A stretch of 64,000 bases of DNA from an uncultured Acidobacteriota bacterium (GCA_963741955.1 CAVUKB010000005.1:992001-1056000); one strand, 5' to 3'; shown: positions 35,580 through 45,938, numbered from the stretch's first letter. The notes: generated by a model not told the origin, from the sequence alone. Made by a program: numbers and translations.

Positions 35580-38417
35580 ATGTCCGCAAGAAAGCTGTTC
35601 GCGGCAGTTCTGTTGATCCTCGCGCCGGTCGTGCTCGCCGCCGCTCCTCCGAGCGGCAGCGGCGAGGTCTTCCCCTTCAAGATGACCGAGAAGACCCTTC
35701 CGAACGGACTGAAAGTCATCGTCGTCCCGACCGGGTTCCCCAACATCGTCTCCGTCCAGATCCCGGTCCAGACCGGCTCACGCAACGAGGTCGAGCCCGG
35801 AAAATCGGGATTCGCCCACTTCTTCGAGCACATGATGTTTCGAGGGACGAAGGCCTATCCCGCGGAGCGGTACAACGAGATCGTCACCCGGACCGGCGCC
35901 CAGCAGAACGCCTACACCACCGACGACTACACCAACTTCCACACCACGTTCTCGAGGGACGACCTCGAGACCATCCTGAAGATCGAGGCCGACCGCTTCC
36001 AGAACCTCGACTACTCTCTCCAGGACTTCAAGACCGAGTCCCGCGCGGTCCTCGGCGAATACAACAAGAACAGCGCGAATCCCATCCGGAAGCTGATGGA
36101 AGTCGAGCGCGATCACGCGTTCACCCGCCACACCTACAAACACACCACCATGGGCTTCCTCCGCGACATCGAGGACATGCCGAACCAGTTCGACTACTCG
36201 AAGACCTTCTTCGACCGCTGGTATCGCCCGGAATACGTGACGGTGATCGTCGCCGGCGACGTCGATCCGGAGAAGGTCATCCCCCTGGTCGAAAAGTACT
36301 GGGGCGGCTGGAAGCGCGGAAGCTTCAAGGCCGAGATCCCGCAGGAGCCTCCCTCCACCGCGCCCGTCTACACCCACATCGACTGGCCCTCGCCGACGCT
36401 CCCCTATGTCGCGGTCGGATTCCACGGCCCGGCATTCTCCGACCACGATAAGGATTGGGCGGCCGTCTCCACCCTCTTCGATCTCGCGTTCGGGCCGACC
36501 TCGGATCTCTACAAGAAACTCGTCGAAAAGGAACAGAAGGTCGATCAGTTCTTCGGCTACGTTCCGATGAATGCCGACCCCTCTCTGGTCTCCGTCTTCG
36601 CCCGGGTGAAGGATCCGGCGGACGCGGTCCACGTCCGCGACGAGATCCTCGCGACGTTCGCGAAGATCCGCAGCATCAAACTCCCCGCCGCAGCAGTCGC
36701 CGCCGCCGAAGACAACGCGCGATTCTCGTTCGTGCGGAATCTCGACAACACCGACTCGATCGCCGCAGAGCTCGCGAGCTACGTCCGCGTCGCGCGCTCC
36801 GGCGCCACCATCAACAACTACTTCCGCACCATGAGCGCACTCACTCCCGACGACCTGCTCGCCATCGCGCGGAAGTACTTCGTCGACGACTCGCTCGTCG
36901 TGACCACGCTGTCGAAGGACCCACTCCCCGAATCGATGAGCAAGCTTCCCCTCCTCGCCGATCTCGTCCCGGCCGCCGCGCCGGCGACCGAGATCACCAT
37001 CGTCACGCAGAAGTCTCCCCTTCCTCTGGTCGACGTGAAGCTCCTCTTCACCGCCGGATCGGCCGATGATCCTCCCGGGAAAGAAGGACTCGCAACCCTC
37101 GCCGCCTCGATGATCTCCGACTCGGGGTCGAAGGAAATGACCATCAACGAGATCCGGAAGGCTCTCTATCCGATGGCGGGCGATTTCGTCTCGCAGGTCG
37201 ACAAGGAGATGACCACCTTCACCGCGAGCGTTCACCGGGACAAACTGGACGAATTCCTCGGGATCGTTCTCCCGATGCTCCTCGATCCGGGCTTCCGGGA
37301 AGAAGACTTCAAGCGGATTCGCGACACCCAGCTCAACGCTCTGACGCAGAACCTCCGGTCGAACAACGAGGAAGAGCTCGGAAAAGAAGAGCTCCAGTCG
37401 GTCGTCTTCGCCGGCACCCCATATGCGCATACCCCGCTCGGCACCGAGGCCGGCCTGAAATCGATCACCCTCGACGACGTGAAGAATTTCGTCCGTGAGG
37501 CGTACACACGCGGGAACCTGATGGTCGGAATCGCGGGAGACTACCCCGACGATCTCGCCGGCCGGCTCTCCACCGCACTCGCGCGACTCCCCGAGGCCCC
37601 CGGACTGGCCAGGCGGGGAACGATCAACGGCCACACTCCGAACGGCCCCGAAGTCACCATCGTGAAGAAGGACACCCGGGCGACGGCGATCTCGCTCGGT
37701 TTCCCGATCGACGTCCGTCGCGGCGATCCCGACTTCGCCGCGCTCTGGCTCGCCCGCTCCTGGCTCGGAGAGCACCGCTCGTCGATGTCCCATCTCTATC
37801 AGAGGATCCGCGAGATCCGGGGGATGAACTACGGCGACTATGCATACATCGAAGCCTTCCCGCGCGGGATGTTTCAGTTCTTCCCCGATCCGAACCTCGG
37901 GCGGCGCGCGCAGCTGTTCGAGATCTGGATCCGGCCGGTGGCTCCCGAAAATGGACACATGGCCCTCCGGATCGCGCTCCACGAGCTCGGGAAGATGATC
38001 GACGACGGGCTGACGCAGGACGAGTTCGAGACCACCCGCGATTACCTGATGAAGAACGTCTTCGTGATGACCGCGACCCAGGACCAGCAGCTCGGCTACG
38101 CGCTCGACTCGAAGTGGTACGGCATTCCGGAGTTCACGAGCTACATGCGCGGCGCCCTCTCGAAGCTCACCCTCGACGACGTCAACCGCGCGATCCGGAA
38201 GCATCTCTCCGCGAAGAACGTCTCGATCGTCATCATCACCAAGGACGCCGAGGGACTGAAGCAGAAACTCGTCAGCGATGAGATCTCACCCATCCACTAC
38301 GATGCGGAGAAACCGCAGTCGCTGCTCGACGAGGACAAGGTCATCGGTGCGATGAAGCTCGGCATCACGCCGGAGAAGGTCACCATCGTGCCGGTGGACG
38401 AGGTCTTCGCGCGATAA
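35580..38417 (+). CDS. M16 (pitrilysin-family) zinc peptidase, fused two-half form, exported
   Basis: Signal peptide; GFAHFFEHMMFRGT inverted zinc motif, NAYTT; REIRGMNYG in the C-half. Confidence 0.93.
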   Translation: MSARKLFAAVLLILAPVVLAAAPPSGSGEVFPFKMTEKTLPNGLKVIVVPTGFPNIVSVQIPVQTGSRNEVEPGKSGFAHFFEHMMFRGTKAYPAERYNEIVTRTGAQQNAYTTDDYTNFHTTFSRDDLETILKIEADRFQNLDYSLQDFKTESRAVLGEYNKNSANPIRKLMEVERDHAFTRHTYKHTTMGFLRDIEDMPNQFDYSKTFFDRWYRPEYVTVIVAGDVDPEKVIPLVEKYWGGWKRGSFKAEIPQEPPSTAPVYTHIDWPSPTLPYVAVGFHGPAFSDHDKDWAAVSTLFDLAFGPTSDLYKKLVEKEQKVDQFFGYVPMNADPSLVSVFARVKDPADAVHVRDEILATFAKIRSIKLPAAAVAAAEDNARFSFVRNLDNTDSIAAELASYVRVARSGATINNYFRTMSALTPDDLLAIARKYFVDDSLVVTTLSKDPLPESMSKLPLLADLVPAAAPATEITIVTQKSPLPLVDVKLLFTAGSADDPPGKEGLATLAASMISDSGSKEMTINEIRKALYPMAGDFVSQVDKEMTTFTASVHRDKLDEFLGIVLPMLLDPGFREEDFKRIRDTQLNALTQNLRSNNEEELGKEELQSVVFAGTPYAHTPLGTEAGLKSITLDDVKNFVREAYTRGNLMVGIAGDYPDDLAGRLSTALARLPEAPGLARRGTINGHTPNGPEVTIVKKDTRATAISLGFPIDVRRGDPDFAALWLARSWLGEHRSSMSHLYQRIREIRGMNYGDYAYIEAFPRGMFQFFPDPNLGRRAQLFEIWIRPVAPENGHMALRIALHELGKMIDDGLTQDEFETTRDYLMKNVFVMTATQDQQLGYALDSKWYGIPEFTSYMRGALSKLTLDDVNRAIRKHLSAKNVSIVIITKDAEGLKQKLVSDEISPIHYDAEKPQSLLDEDKVIGAMKLGITPEKVTIVPVDEVFAR

Positions 38418-38499
38418 ACCCCATTCGTGTCCCCGGGCTCCGGATTCGTTCTGGCGCCCGGGAAGCATTTCGGATTTCGGATTTCGGATTTGAGGGGCA

Positions 38500-40335
38500 C
38501 GGGCTTCCGCGACTCGCGCAAGAACCCTCGTGCCGCCCGCGCGACTCACGACCTTCAGACACCGCATCCCATGTACGGTGCTCACCCCCCCCGCGAGATC
38601 TCCCTCTCTCCCCGCCCGGGGTCACGTCTTCAGCCGACACTCGCCCTTCGGGGAGAGGGAAGGGTGAGGGGCATCCCCGTAAATCGGCTGCCGCAACTCG
38701 CGCAAGACACCTCGTGCCACCCGCGCCACCCACGACCTTCAGCCACCGCATCCCATATACGGCACTCACCCCCCTCGCGACGCCACCCTCTCCCCGTCCG
38801 GGGTCACGTCTTCAGCCGACGCTCGTCCTTCGGGGAGAGGGAAGGGTGAGGGGCATCCCCGTGAATCGGCAGCCGCGACTTGCGACAAAACCCCTCGTGC
38901 CACCCGCGCGACCCACGACCTTCAGCCACCGCATCCCATGTACGGCGCTCATCCCCCTCGCGACGCCACCCTCTCCCCGTCCGGGGTCACGTCTTCAGTC
39001 CACGCTCGTCCTTCGGGGAGAGGGAAGGGTGAGGGGCATCCCCGTAGATCGCAGCCGCAACTCGCGCAAGAACCCTCGTGCCACCCCCGCGACCCACGAC
39101 CTTCAGCCACCGCCATCCCATGTACGGCACTCACCCCCCTCGCGACGCCACCCTCTCCCCGTCCGGAATCACGTCTTCAGCCGACACTCGTCCTTCGGGG
39201 AGAGGGAAGGGTGAGGGGCATCCCCGTAGATCGCAGCCGCAACTCGCGCAAGGCACCCTCGTGCCATATGCGCAACCCACGACCTTCAGCCACCGCATCC
39301 CATATACGGCACTCACCTCCCTCGCGACGCCACCCTCTCCCCGTCCGGGGTCACGTCTTCAGCCGACGCTCGTCCCTCGGGGAGAGGGAAGGGTGAGGGG
39401 CATCCCCGTAAATCGGCAGCCGCGCCTTGCGCAAGACACTCCCGCGCCACTCGCACCACTCACGACCTTCAGACACCCCATCCCATGTACGGCGCTCATC
39501 CCCTCGCGAGATCTCCCCTCTCCCGTCCGGGGTCACGTCTTCAGCCGACGCTCGTCCTTCGGGGAGAGGGAAGGGTGAGGGGCATCCCCGTAGATCGCAG
39601 CCGCAACTCGCGCGGTACCCTCGAGTCACCCGCACCACCCACGACCTTCAGCCACCGCATCCCATGTACGGCGCTCATCCCCTCGCGAGATCTCCCCTCT
39701 CCCGTCCGGGGTCACGTCTTCAGCCGACGCTCGTCCTTCGGGGAGAGGGAAGGGTGAGGGGCATCCCCGTAAATCGGCTGCCGCGACTTGCGCAAGACAC
39801 TCCCGCGCCACTCGCACCACTCACGACCTTCAGACACCCCATCCCATGTACGGCACTCATCCCCCTCGCGACGCCACCCTCTCCCCGTCCGGGGTCACGT
39901 CTTCAGCCGACACTCGCCCTTCGGGGAGAGGGAAGGGTGAGGGGCATCCCCGTAGATCGCAGCCGCAACTCGCGCAAGGCACCCTCGTGCCATATGCGCA
40001 ACCCACGACCTTCAGCCACCGCATCCCATATACGGCACTCACCCCCCTCGCGACGCCACCCTCTCCCCGTCCGGGGTCACGTCTTCAGCCGACACTCGCC
40101 CTTCGGGGAGAGGGAAGGGTGAGGGGCATCACCGTAAATCGGCAGCCGCGACTTGCGACAAAAACCATCGAGCCGCGCGCGCGACCCACGACCTTCAGCC
40201 ACCGCATCCCATGTACGGCGCTCATCCCCCTCGCGAGATCTCCCCTCTCCCCGCCCGGGGTCACGTCTTCAGCCCACGCTCGTCCTTCGGGGAGAGGGAA
40301 GGGTGAGGGGCATCCCCGTAGATCGGCAGCCGCCG
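38500..40335. repeat. Tandem array of ten ~182-bp structured units
   Basis: GGGGAGAGGGAAGGGTGAGGGG recurs at 38650, 38832, 39015, 39197, 39379, 39561, 39740, 39923, 40105, 40289; each unit has a CCCTCTCCC..GGGAGAGGG inverted repeat. Confidence 0.95.
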
Positions 40336-40460
40336 TCCCTGCCGGCGCAACGGTTCGTCGTTCGGCTCCGATTCATTGGAGTATCATCAAACCGGCGACG
40401 GACCCTCTCTGACCCGCCGCTCGAACTTGAACCGTCCTCGGAGCCGGGGCAGGCAAGCCC

Positions 40461-40866
40461 TGGAGTTGACCCGTTTTCGTGGACACCTGAACATTGGGGA
40501 GGGAGTCCACGATGGGTAAAACCCGAAGACCGTATTCGGCAGATTTCAAGCGGCAGATGGTGGATTTGGTTAGGCAGGGGCGCACGCCCGAAGAGTTGTC
40601 GAGGGAGTTCGAGCCGTCGGCGCAGGCGATTCGGAACTGGGTAACGCAGGCAGATCGGGACGAAGGACGTCGCGAAGACGGGTTGACCAGCAAGGAGCGG
40701 GACGAGCTGGGGCGGCTGAGACGCGAGAACCAGCGGCTGAAGGAAGAGCGTGAGATTTAAAAAAAAGCCGCGGCCTGGTTCGCACAGGAGACCAAGGCAG
40801 CACCGAACGGATCTTCCGATTCGTGAGTGCTCACCGGGCCGAGTTTCGGATCGCCACGATGCGCCG
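40461..40866 (+). pseudogene. Truncated IS3-family element (left IR, orfA with nonsense codon, start of orfB)
   Basis: TGGAGTTGACCCGTTTTCGTGGACAC left end; orfA 40512-40826 YSADFK..LRRENQRLKEEREI*KKAAAWFA; AAAAAAG slippery site; orfB stub FVSAHRAEFRIATM; no right IR. Confidence 0.85.
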
Positions 40867-41059
40867 TTCGGGCCACGCGGTGGCGCGGTTCCTCCCGGCT
40901 CACGCCGGAGCCTGCACGAGGTGCCCCCTGCGGGCTTTTTCCCGTGCGATGACCTCCGGCCTGGAGGCGCTCGTCGCGGGTAGATCGAAAGCCTCGAATA
41001 GGGCACGACCAATGAGCTCGCACGCGTCGACGCGATCGTTCTGGCGTGAACTCCGGAGT

Positions 41060-41194
41060 TGAGACGCGAACTCGCAGCGTCGCGAGAGGCATCATCTTCG
41101 CGGTCATCCACCATCGCTCCCCGGCACGATGCCGGGGAGCTTCGCGCCAGAGGCGCGACCCACTCGGGAGCTTCGCGCCAGAGGCGCGACCCAC
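41060..41194 (-). repeat. Diverged inverted copy of the REPIN-like family flanking nhaA
   Basis: Reverse complement reads GTGGGTCGCGCCTCTGGCGCGAAGCTCCCCGGCATCGTGCCGGGGAGCGATGG, with its first ~30 bp duplicated. Confidence 0.7.
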
Positions 41195-41287
41195 CTTTTT
41201 CACCTCGTCACATTTCGATCGTCCATCCATCACAGAGCGGCGGTCGTGGCGCTGGATACGCTTCTTCCGGCAGGCGGAGGAGGTTTC

Positions 41288-42643
41288 ATGGACGTGGTGT
41301 GGCTCTCGCGAGTGCAGTTCGCACTCACCGTGATGTTTCACTTCATCTTTCCCCCCATCACCATCGGACTGTCGCTTCTGATCGCATTCATCGAGACCGC
41401 GCGATGGAGAACCGGAAAGGATCTCTACCGCCGGATGTCCGACTTCTGGATCCGCATCTTCGCGGTGAACTTCGTGGTCGGCGTCGCCACCGGCATCGTG
41501 ATGGAGTTCGAGTTCGGTACGAACTGGGCCGGCTACTCGCGCTTCGTCGGCGACATCTTCGGAGCGCCGCTCGCCGCGGAAGGCGTATTCGCGTTCTTCC
41601 TCGAGTCGGGATTCCTCGGACTCCTGATTCTCGGACGGAAACGCATCTCCTCCTTCGTCCGCTGGTTCGCCTCGGTGATGGTCTGCGCCGGCGCGACGCT
41701 CTCCGCTTTCTGGATCATCGTGGCGAACTCCTGGATGCAGACGCCGGCGGGATTCCGCCTCGCGAACGGGCGCGCGGAGCTGATCGATTTCCAGGCCGCG
41801 GTCTTCAATCCCTCCACCCTCCCCCGCTACTTCCACACCATCGCATCCACCTGGGTCGCGTCGGCATTCCTGATGATCGCCATCTCGGCGTGGTACTTCC
41901 TGAGAAACCGCCCGAGCGACGTCGCACGCGCCTCGCTCAAGCTCGGGGTGATCTTCGCCCTGGTCGGAGTGGTCGGAGTCTTCTTCACCGGCGACCGCCA
42001 CGCAAAGCAGGTTGCCCACACCCAGGAGGCGAAATTCGCGGCGATGGAAGGTCTCTACTCCACGACTGAAGGAGCACCCCTGGTGCTCTTCTCGCTGCCA
42101 CCGGGCCAGGACGGGAGGCCGGAGGGGCCGGAGCTGCTGGTCACGCGCCTCACCTCGTTCCTCGCCTTCGGGAACTTCCGCGCTCCGGTGAAAGGACTGA
42201 ACGAATTTCCGCGCGAGCAGTGGCCTCCGGTCGCCCTCACGTTTCTCTCCTTCCACAACATGGTGATCCTCGGGAACCTGATGTTGCTCGAGATCTTCGC
42301 CGGGCTGGTTCTCCTCTGGCGCGGACGGATCGAGCGATCGAGGCGATGGCTCTGGGTGATGGTTTTCTCGGTCGTGGTCCCACACATCGCGATCCAGCTC
42401 GGCTGGATGGCGGCGGAGGCGGGACGTCAGCCGTGGATCGTCTACGGCGTGATGAAAACGGTCGACGCCGCCTCGAGGGTCGTCACGGCTCCCGAGGTGC
42501 TCTTCTCCATCGTGATGTTCTCGGTGATCTACGCGTTGCTGTTCGCTCTCTGGGTGCGGCTGATCTGGAAGGAGATCGCGCACGGCCCGGAGGGAGTCGA
42601 AGAACCGATCACGGCCGGCGGCCTGACGCCGCAGGAGGCATGA
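41288..42643 (+). CDS. cydA: Cytochrome bd ubiquinol oxidase subunit I (short Q-loop)
   Basis: SRVQFALTVMFHFIFPP, GVATGIVMEFEFGTNW, KFAAME, GWMAAEAGRQPW; GGAGGAGG RBS. Confidence 0.96.
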   Translation: MDVVWLSRVQFALTVMFHFIFPPITIGLSLLIAFIETARWRTGKDLYRRMSDFWIRIFAVNFVVGVATGIVMEFEFGTNWAGYSRFVGDIFGAPLAAEGVFAFFLESGFLGLLILGRKRISSFVRWFASVMVCAGATLSAFWIIVANSWMQTPAGFRLANGRAELIDFQAAVFNPSTLPRYFHTIASTWVASAFLMIAISAWYFLRNRPSDVARASLKLGVIFALVGVVGVFFTGDRHAKQVAHTQEAKFAAMEGLYSTTEGAPLVLFSLPPGQDGRPEGPELLVTRLTSFLAFGNFRAPVKGLNEFPREQWPPVALTFLSFHNMVILGNLMLLEIFAGLVLLWRGRIERSRRWLWVMVFSVVVPHIAIQLGWMAAEAGRQPWIVYGVMKTVDAASRVVTAPEVLFSIVMFSVIYALLFALWVRLIWKEIAHGPEGVEEPITAGGLTPQEA

Positions 42644-42644
42644 G

Positions 42645-43664
42645 ATGCTGGATCTTCAAACGACGTGGTTTCTCCTCATCGGAGTCCTCCTGATCGGCTA
42701 TGCGGTCCTCGACGGCTTCGACCTCGGCGTGGGGATGCTGCACCTCTTCATCGCGAAGGACGACCGCGAGCGCCGGATTCTTCTCAACTCGGTCGGTCCG
42801 GTGTGGGACGGGAACGAAGTGTGGCTGCTGACCGGAGGCGGCGCGATCTTCGCGGCGTTCCCGAAGGTGTATGCCACGGTCTTCTCCGGGTTCTATCTCG
42901 CGCTGATGCTTCTTCTTCTCGCGCTGATGTTCCGGGCGGTGTCGCTGGAGTTCCGCGGGAAGGAAGAGTCGTCCGTCTGGCGCTCCTTCTGGGATTCGGC
43001 GTTCGCCATCGGCTCGTTTCTCCCGGCGCTTCTCTTCGGTGTCGCGCTCGGCAACATCCTGCGGGGCGTTCCGCTCGCGGCGGATCAGGAGTTCGCCGGG
43101 ACGTTTCTGGGACTCCTCAATCCGTTCGCGCTGATGGTCGGCGTGCTGTCGGTCCTCCTCTTCCTGATTCACGGAGCGAGCTGGCTGGTGTTGAAGACCG
43201 AAGGGGATCTGCAGCGTCGGGCAGCGAACGTCGCCCGATTTTCGTGGCTGCTGTTCGTCGCGGCGTGGGTGCTGACCACGGTCGCGGCACGGTTCTTCGC
43301 TCCGCACCTCTGGCAGATGTACCACCACGCAGTGGCGTGGATCGTCCCGACGCTCTTCGTCGCGTCGACGCTCGGGTTCATGTTCACGCTGCGGCGCGGG
43401 CGGAGAGGACTGCAGTTCCTCTTCTCGTCGGTGTCGATCGCGATGCTGCTGGGGATCGTGGGACAGGGGCTCTATCCGAACATGGTGCCCGCGCTGGGCG
43501 ACGCGGAGAGGAGTCTGACGATCTACAACGCGTCGTCGACGCATGGAACGCTGCAGGTGATGCTGGCGATCGCGCTGATCGGCATGCCGATCGTGCTCGC
43601 GTATACGATCTTCATCTACCGGAGCTTCCGAGGACCGGTGGTGCTGGACGAACAGAGTTACTGA
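42645..43664 (+). CDS. cydB: Cytochrome bd oxidase subunit II
   Basis: YAVLDGFDLGVG, GPVWDGNEVWL, LTIYNASS. Confidence 0.96.
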   Translation: MLDLQTTWFLLIGVLLIGYAVLDGFDLGVGMLHLFIAKDDRERRILLNSVGPVWDGNEVWLLTGGGAIFAAFPKVYATVFSGFYLALMLLLLALMFRAVSLEFRGKEESSVWRSFWDSAFAIGSFLPALLFGVALGNILRGVPLAADQEFAGTFLGLLNPFALMVGVLSVLLFLIHGASWLVLKTEGDLQRRAANVARFSWLLFVAAWVLTTVAARFFAPHLWQMYHHAVAWIVPTLFVASTLGFMFTLRRGRRGLQFLFSSVSIAMLLGIVGQGLYPNMVPALGDAERSLTIYNASSTHGTLQVMLAIALIGMPIVLAYTIFIYRSFRGPVVLDEQSY

Positions 43665-43876
43665 GGGGAGTTGCGCGATTTGCGCGATTTGCGCGATTTG
43701 GAGACCCCACGGTCACTCGGCCGAGGGGCGGCGGATCCTCTGATCCGCCGCGAAGTTCGTGTTCGAGAGCGATGAGACCATGCCTCTGGCAGAAGCGGAG
43801 CGCTCTTTGCGCTGATCCACCCTGTGACGAACGCTTCGCGCGTTGCCCTATCGACGGCGTTCGTCCGCTTCGACAC

Positions 43877-44523
43877 GATCTGCGCGGCGGATCCCGCAGG
43901 GCGGGATCCGCACCTCATGGCTCGCTGCGCTCGCTGTTGCGACCGGGACGGTCGCACCACCTGCGGATTTTTCGGTCCCTGCCGGATCGTGTTCGTGCGC
44001 GACGAGACACGATCTGCGCGGCGGATCCCGCAGGCTGGGATCCGCGCACCATCGCTCGCTGCGCTCGCCGTTGCGACCGGGACGGTCGCACCACCTGCGG
44101 ATTTTCGGTCCGCCGCCGGATCGTGTTCGTGCGCGATGAGATCGATCTACGCGGCGGATCCCGCAGGGCGGGATCCGCACCTCATGGCTCGCTGCGCTCG
44201 CCGTTGCGACCGGGACGGTCGCACCACCCCCGGATTCTCGGTCCGCCGCCGGATCGTGTTCGTGCGCGATGAGATCGATCTACGCGGCGGATCCCGCAGG
44301 GCGGGATCCGCACCTCATGGCTCGCTGCGCTCGCCGTTGCGACCGGGACGGTCGCACCACCTGCGGATTTTTCGGTCCCTGCCGGATCGTGTTCGTGCGC
44401 GATGAGACCGATCTAAGCGGCGGAGCCCGCAGGGCGGGATCCGCGCCCCATGGCTCGCTGCGCTCGCCGTTGCGACCGGGACGGTCGCACCACCCCCGGA
44501 CTTTCGGTCCGCCGCCGGATCGC
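43877..44523. repeat. Five tandem ~133-bp REP-containing units
   Basis: Unit starts at 43877, 44011, 44144, 44277, 44410; hairpins GCGGATCCCGC-AGG-GCGGGATCCGC and TGCGACCG-GGA-CGGTCGCACCAC. Confidence 0.93.
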
Positions 44524-44524
44524 G

Positions 44525-44713
44525 TCAGCGGCGCTTCTTTCGCCGGCGGCGGCGTTTCTCGGGGACCGATTCGGGGTCGAAGGCTTCGTCGCGACGGGAG
44601 CCGTGGTCGCGCTCGCGCGGCTCTTCCTCCTTCTCGAGATACTCCTTCATCGGACGGATCGCGCGCTCGTATTCTTCGGTGCCGGTCTGCAGTTCCTTGT
44701 CGTATTTCGTCAC
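44525..44713 (-). CDS. Small charged hypothetical protein (62 aa)
   Basis: GTG start with GGAGG RBS; acidic middle and poly-basic tail KRRRRRKKRR. Confidence 0.45.
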   Translation of the reverse strand: MTKYDKELQTGTEEYERAIRPMKEYLEKEEEPRERDHGSRRDEAFDPESVPEKRRRRRKKRR

Positions 44714-44811
44714 CGGAATGCGCCTCCATTCGAATTGCGTGCGACGGAAATACAAGCGCGGTCGCATCTCGAATTCGAATCCCAGGCAGCGCCGGTGTCA
44801 AGCACAGCAGG

Positions 44812-44940
44812 AGCATCTGATATCTGATATCTATGATCTGATATCTATTATTATCTGTTGCCTATCTGGTTATCTTATACCTGCGTAAGTTTTCATGCAG
44901 ATATCAGATAACAGATAAGCGATAATCGATATCAGATGCT
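44812..44940. repeat. AT-rich heptamer-periodic inverted repeat
   Basis: Perfect 13-bp IR AGCATCTGATATC / GATATCAGATGCT; arms built of TATCTGA-like and TCAGATA-like heptads. Confidence 0.85.
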
Positions 44941-44941
44941 T

Positions 44942-45934
44942 TCAGCTCGCGCCGAGGAGCTTGATCAGCCAGAAGGTTCCCGCACCGATTGCCGCAGCGC
45001 CCGGAATGGTCAGGACCCAGGCCCAGACGATCTGCCCCGCCACTCCCCAGCGAACCGCCGAGAGGCGCCGGGTCGCGCCGACACCGACGATCGATCCGGT
45101 GATCGCGTGGGTGGTGCTGACCGGGATTCCGAATTGAGTGGCAGTAAAGATGGCGATCGCCGCCCCGGTCTCGGCGGCGAAGCCGTGCACCGGCTGCAGC
45201 TTGGTGATTTTCGATCCCATGGTGTGGATGATCCGCCATCCGCCGGCGAGAGTGCCGAGCGCGATTGCAGTGTGCGCCGCGAGAATGACCCAGAACGGAA
45301 CGTGGAATGTCTTGATGTAGCCGGCCGAGAGGAGCAGACCGGTGATGATTCCCATCGTTTTCTGAGCGTCGTTGGCGCCGTGGTTGAGACTGAAGAGAGC
45401 GGCGGACAGAAGCTGGAGCTTCCGGAACCAACGGTCGACCCTGCTTGGTGGCCGGTGCTGGAAGATCCAGTAGATGGCAGTCATCAACGCCAGTCCCGCG
45501 ACGAGACCGATCAGGGGTGAGACGACGATGAAGACCAGCGTCTTGGTCCATCCTCCCGGGATGATCGCGCTGAATCCGACCCGCGCCACCGCCGCTCCGC
45601 CGTAGCCTCCGATCAGAGCGTGAGAGGAACTGGTCGGAAGTCCGAAGTACCAGGTCAGCAGATCCCAGACGATCGCGCCGGTGAGACCGGCGAAGACCAC
45701 CCCGAACGTGACCGCGTCGACATTGATCATCTCGCTGCCGATGGTCTTCGCGACGGCCGTACCGAACATGAAAGCCGCGACGAAATTGAAGAACGCGGCC
45801 CAGATCACCGCCTGCCCGGGAGAGAGCACACGAGTGGAGACCACGGTCGCGATGGAGTTCGCGGCATCATGGAAACCATTGATGTAATCGAAGAAGAGTG
45901 CAACCGCAATGAGACCGACGACGACGTAGATCAT
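44942..45934 (-). CDS. pit: PiT-family inorganic phosphate transporter
   Basis: NGFHDAANSIAT, GLPTSSSHALIG, HGANDAQK, PVSTTH. Confidence 0.95.
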   Translation of the reverse strand: MIYVVVGLIAVALFFDYINGFHDAANSIATVVSTRVLSPGQAVIWAAFFNFVAAFMFGTAVAKTIGSEMINVDAVTFGVVFAGLTGAIVWDLLTWYFGLPTSSSHALIGGYGGAAVARVGFSAIIPGGWTKTLVFIVVSPLIGLVAGLALMTAIYWIFQHRPPSRVDRWFRKLQLLSAALFSLNHGANDAQKTMGIITGLLLSAGYIKTFHVPFWVILAAHTAIALGTLAGGWRIIHTMGSKITKLQPVHGFAAETGAAIAIFTATQFGIPVSTTHAITGSIVGVGATRRLSAVRWGVAGQIVWAWVLTIPGAAAIGAGTFWLIKLLGAS

Positions 45935-45938
45935 GACC

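Noticed and set aside
35778-38204. Long antisense ORFs (this one, 45933-47627, 61894-63762 and similar)
   Set aside because: Shadow ORFs opposite well-supported genes, expected in high-GC DNA
38500-40335. CRISPR array
   Set aside because: The constant part is about 145 bp, the variable segments are homologous to each other, and no cas genes are present
38427-40644. Overlapping ORFs in the 182-bp array
   Set aside because: The unit length is usually not a multiple of 3, the same peptides appear in rotating frames and there is no RBS; they are translation artefacts of the repeat
41195-41287. Rex or FNR site before cydA
   Set aside because: Isolated TCAC half-sites with no correctly spaced palindrome
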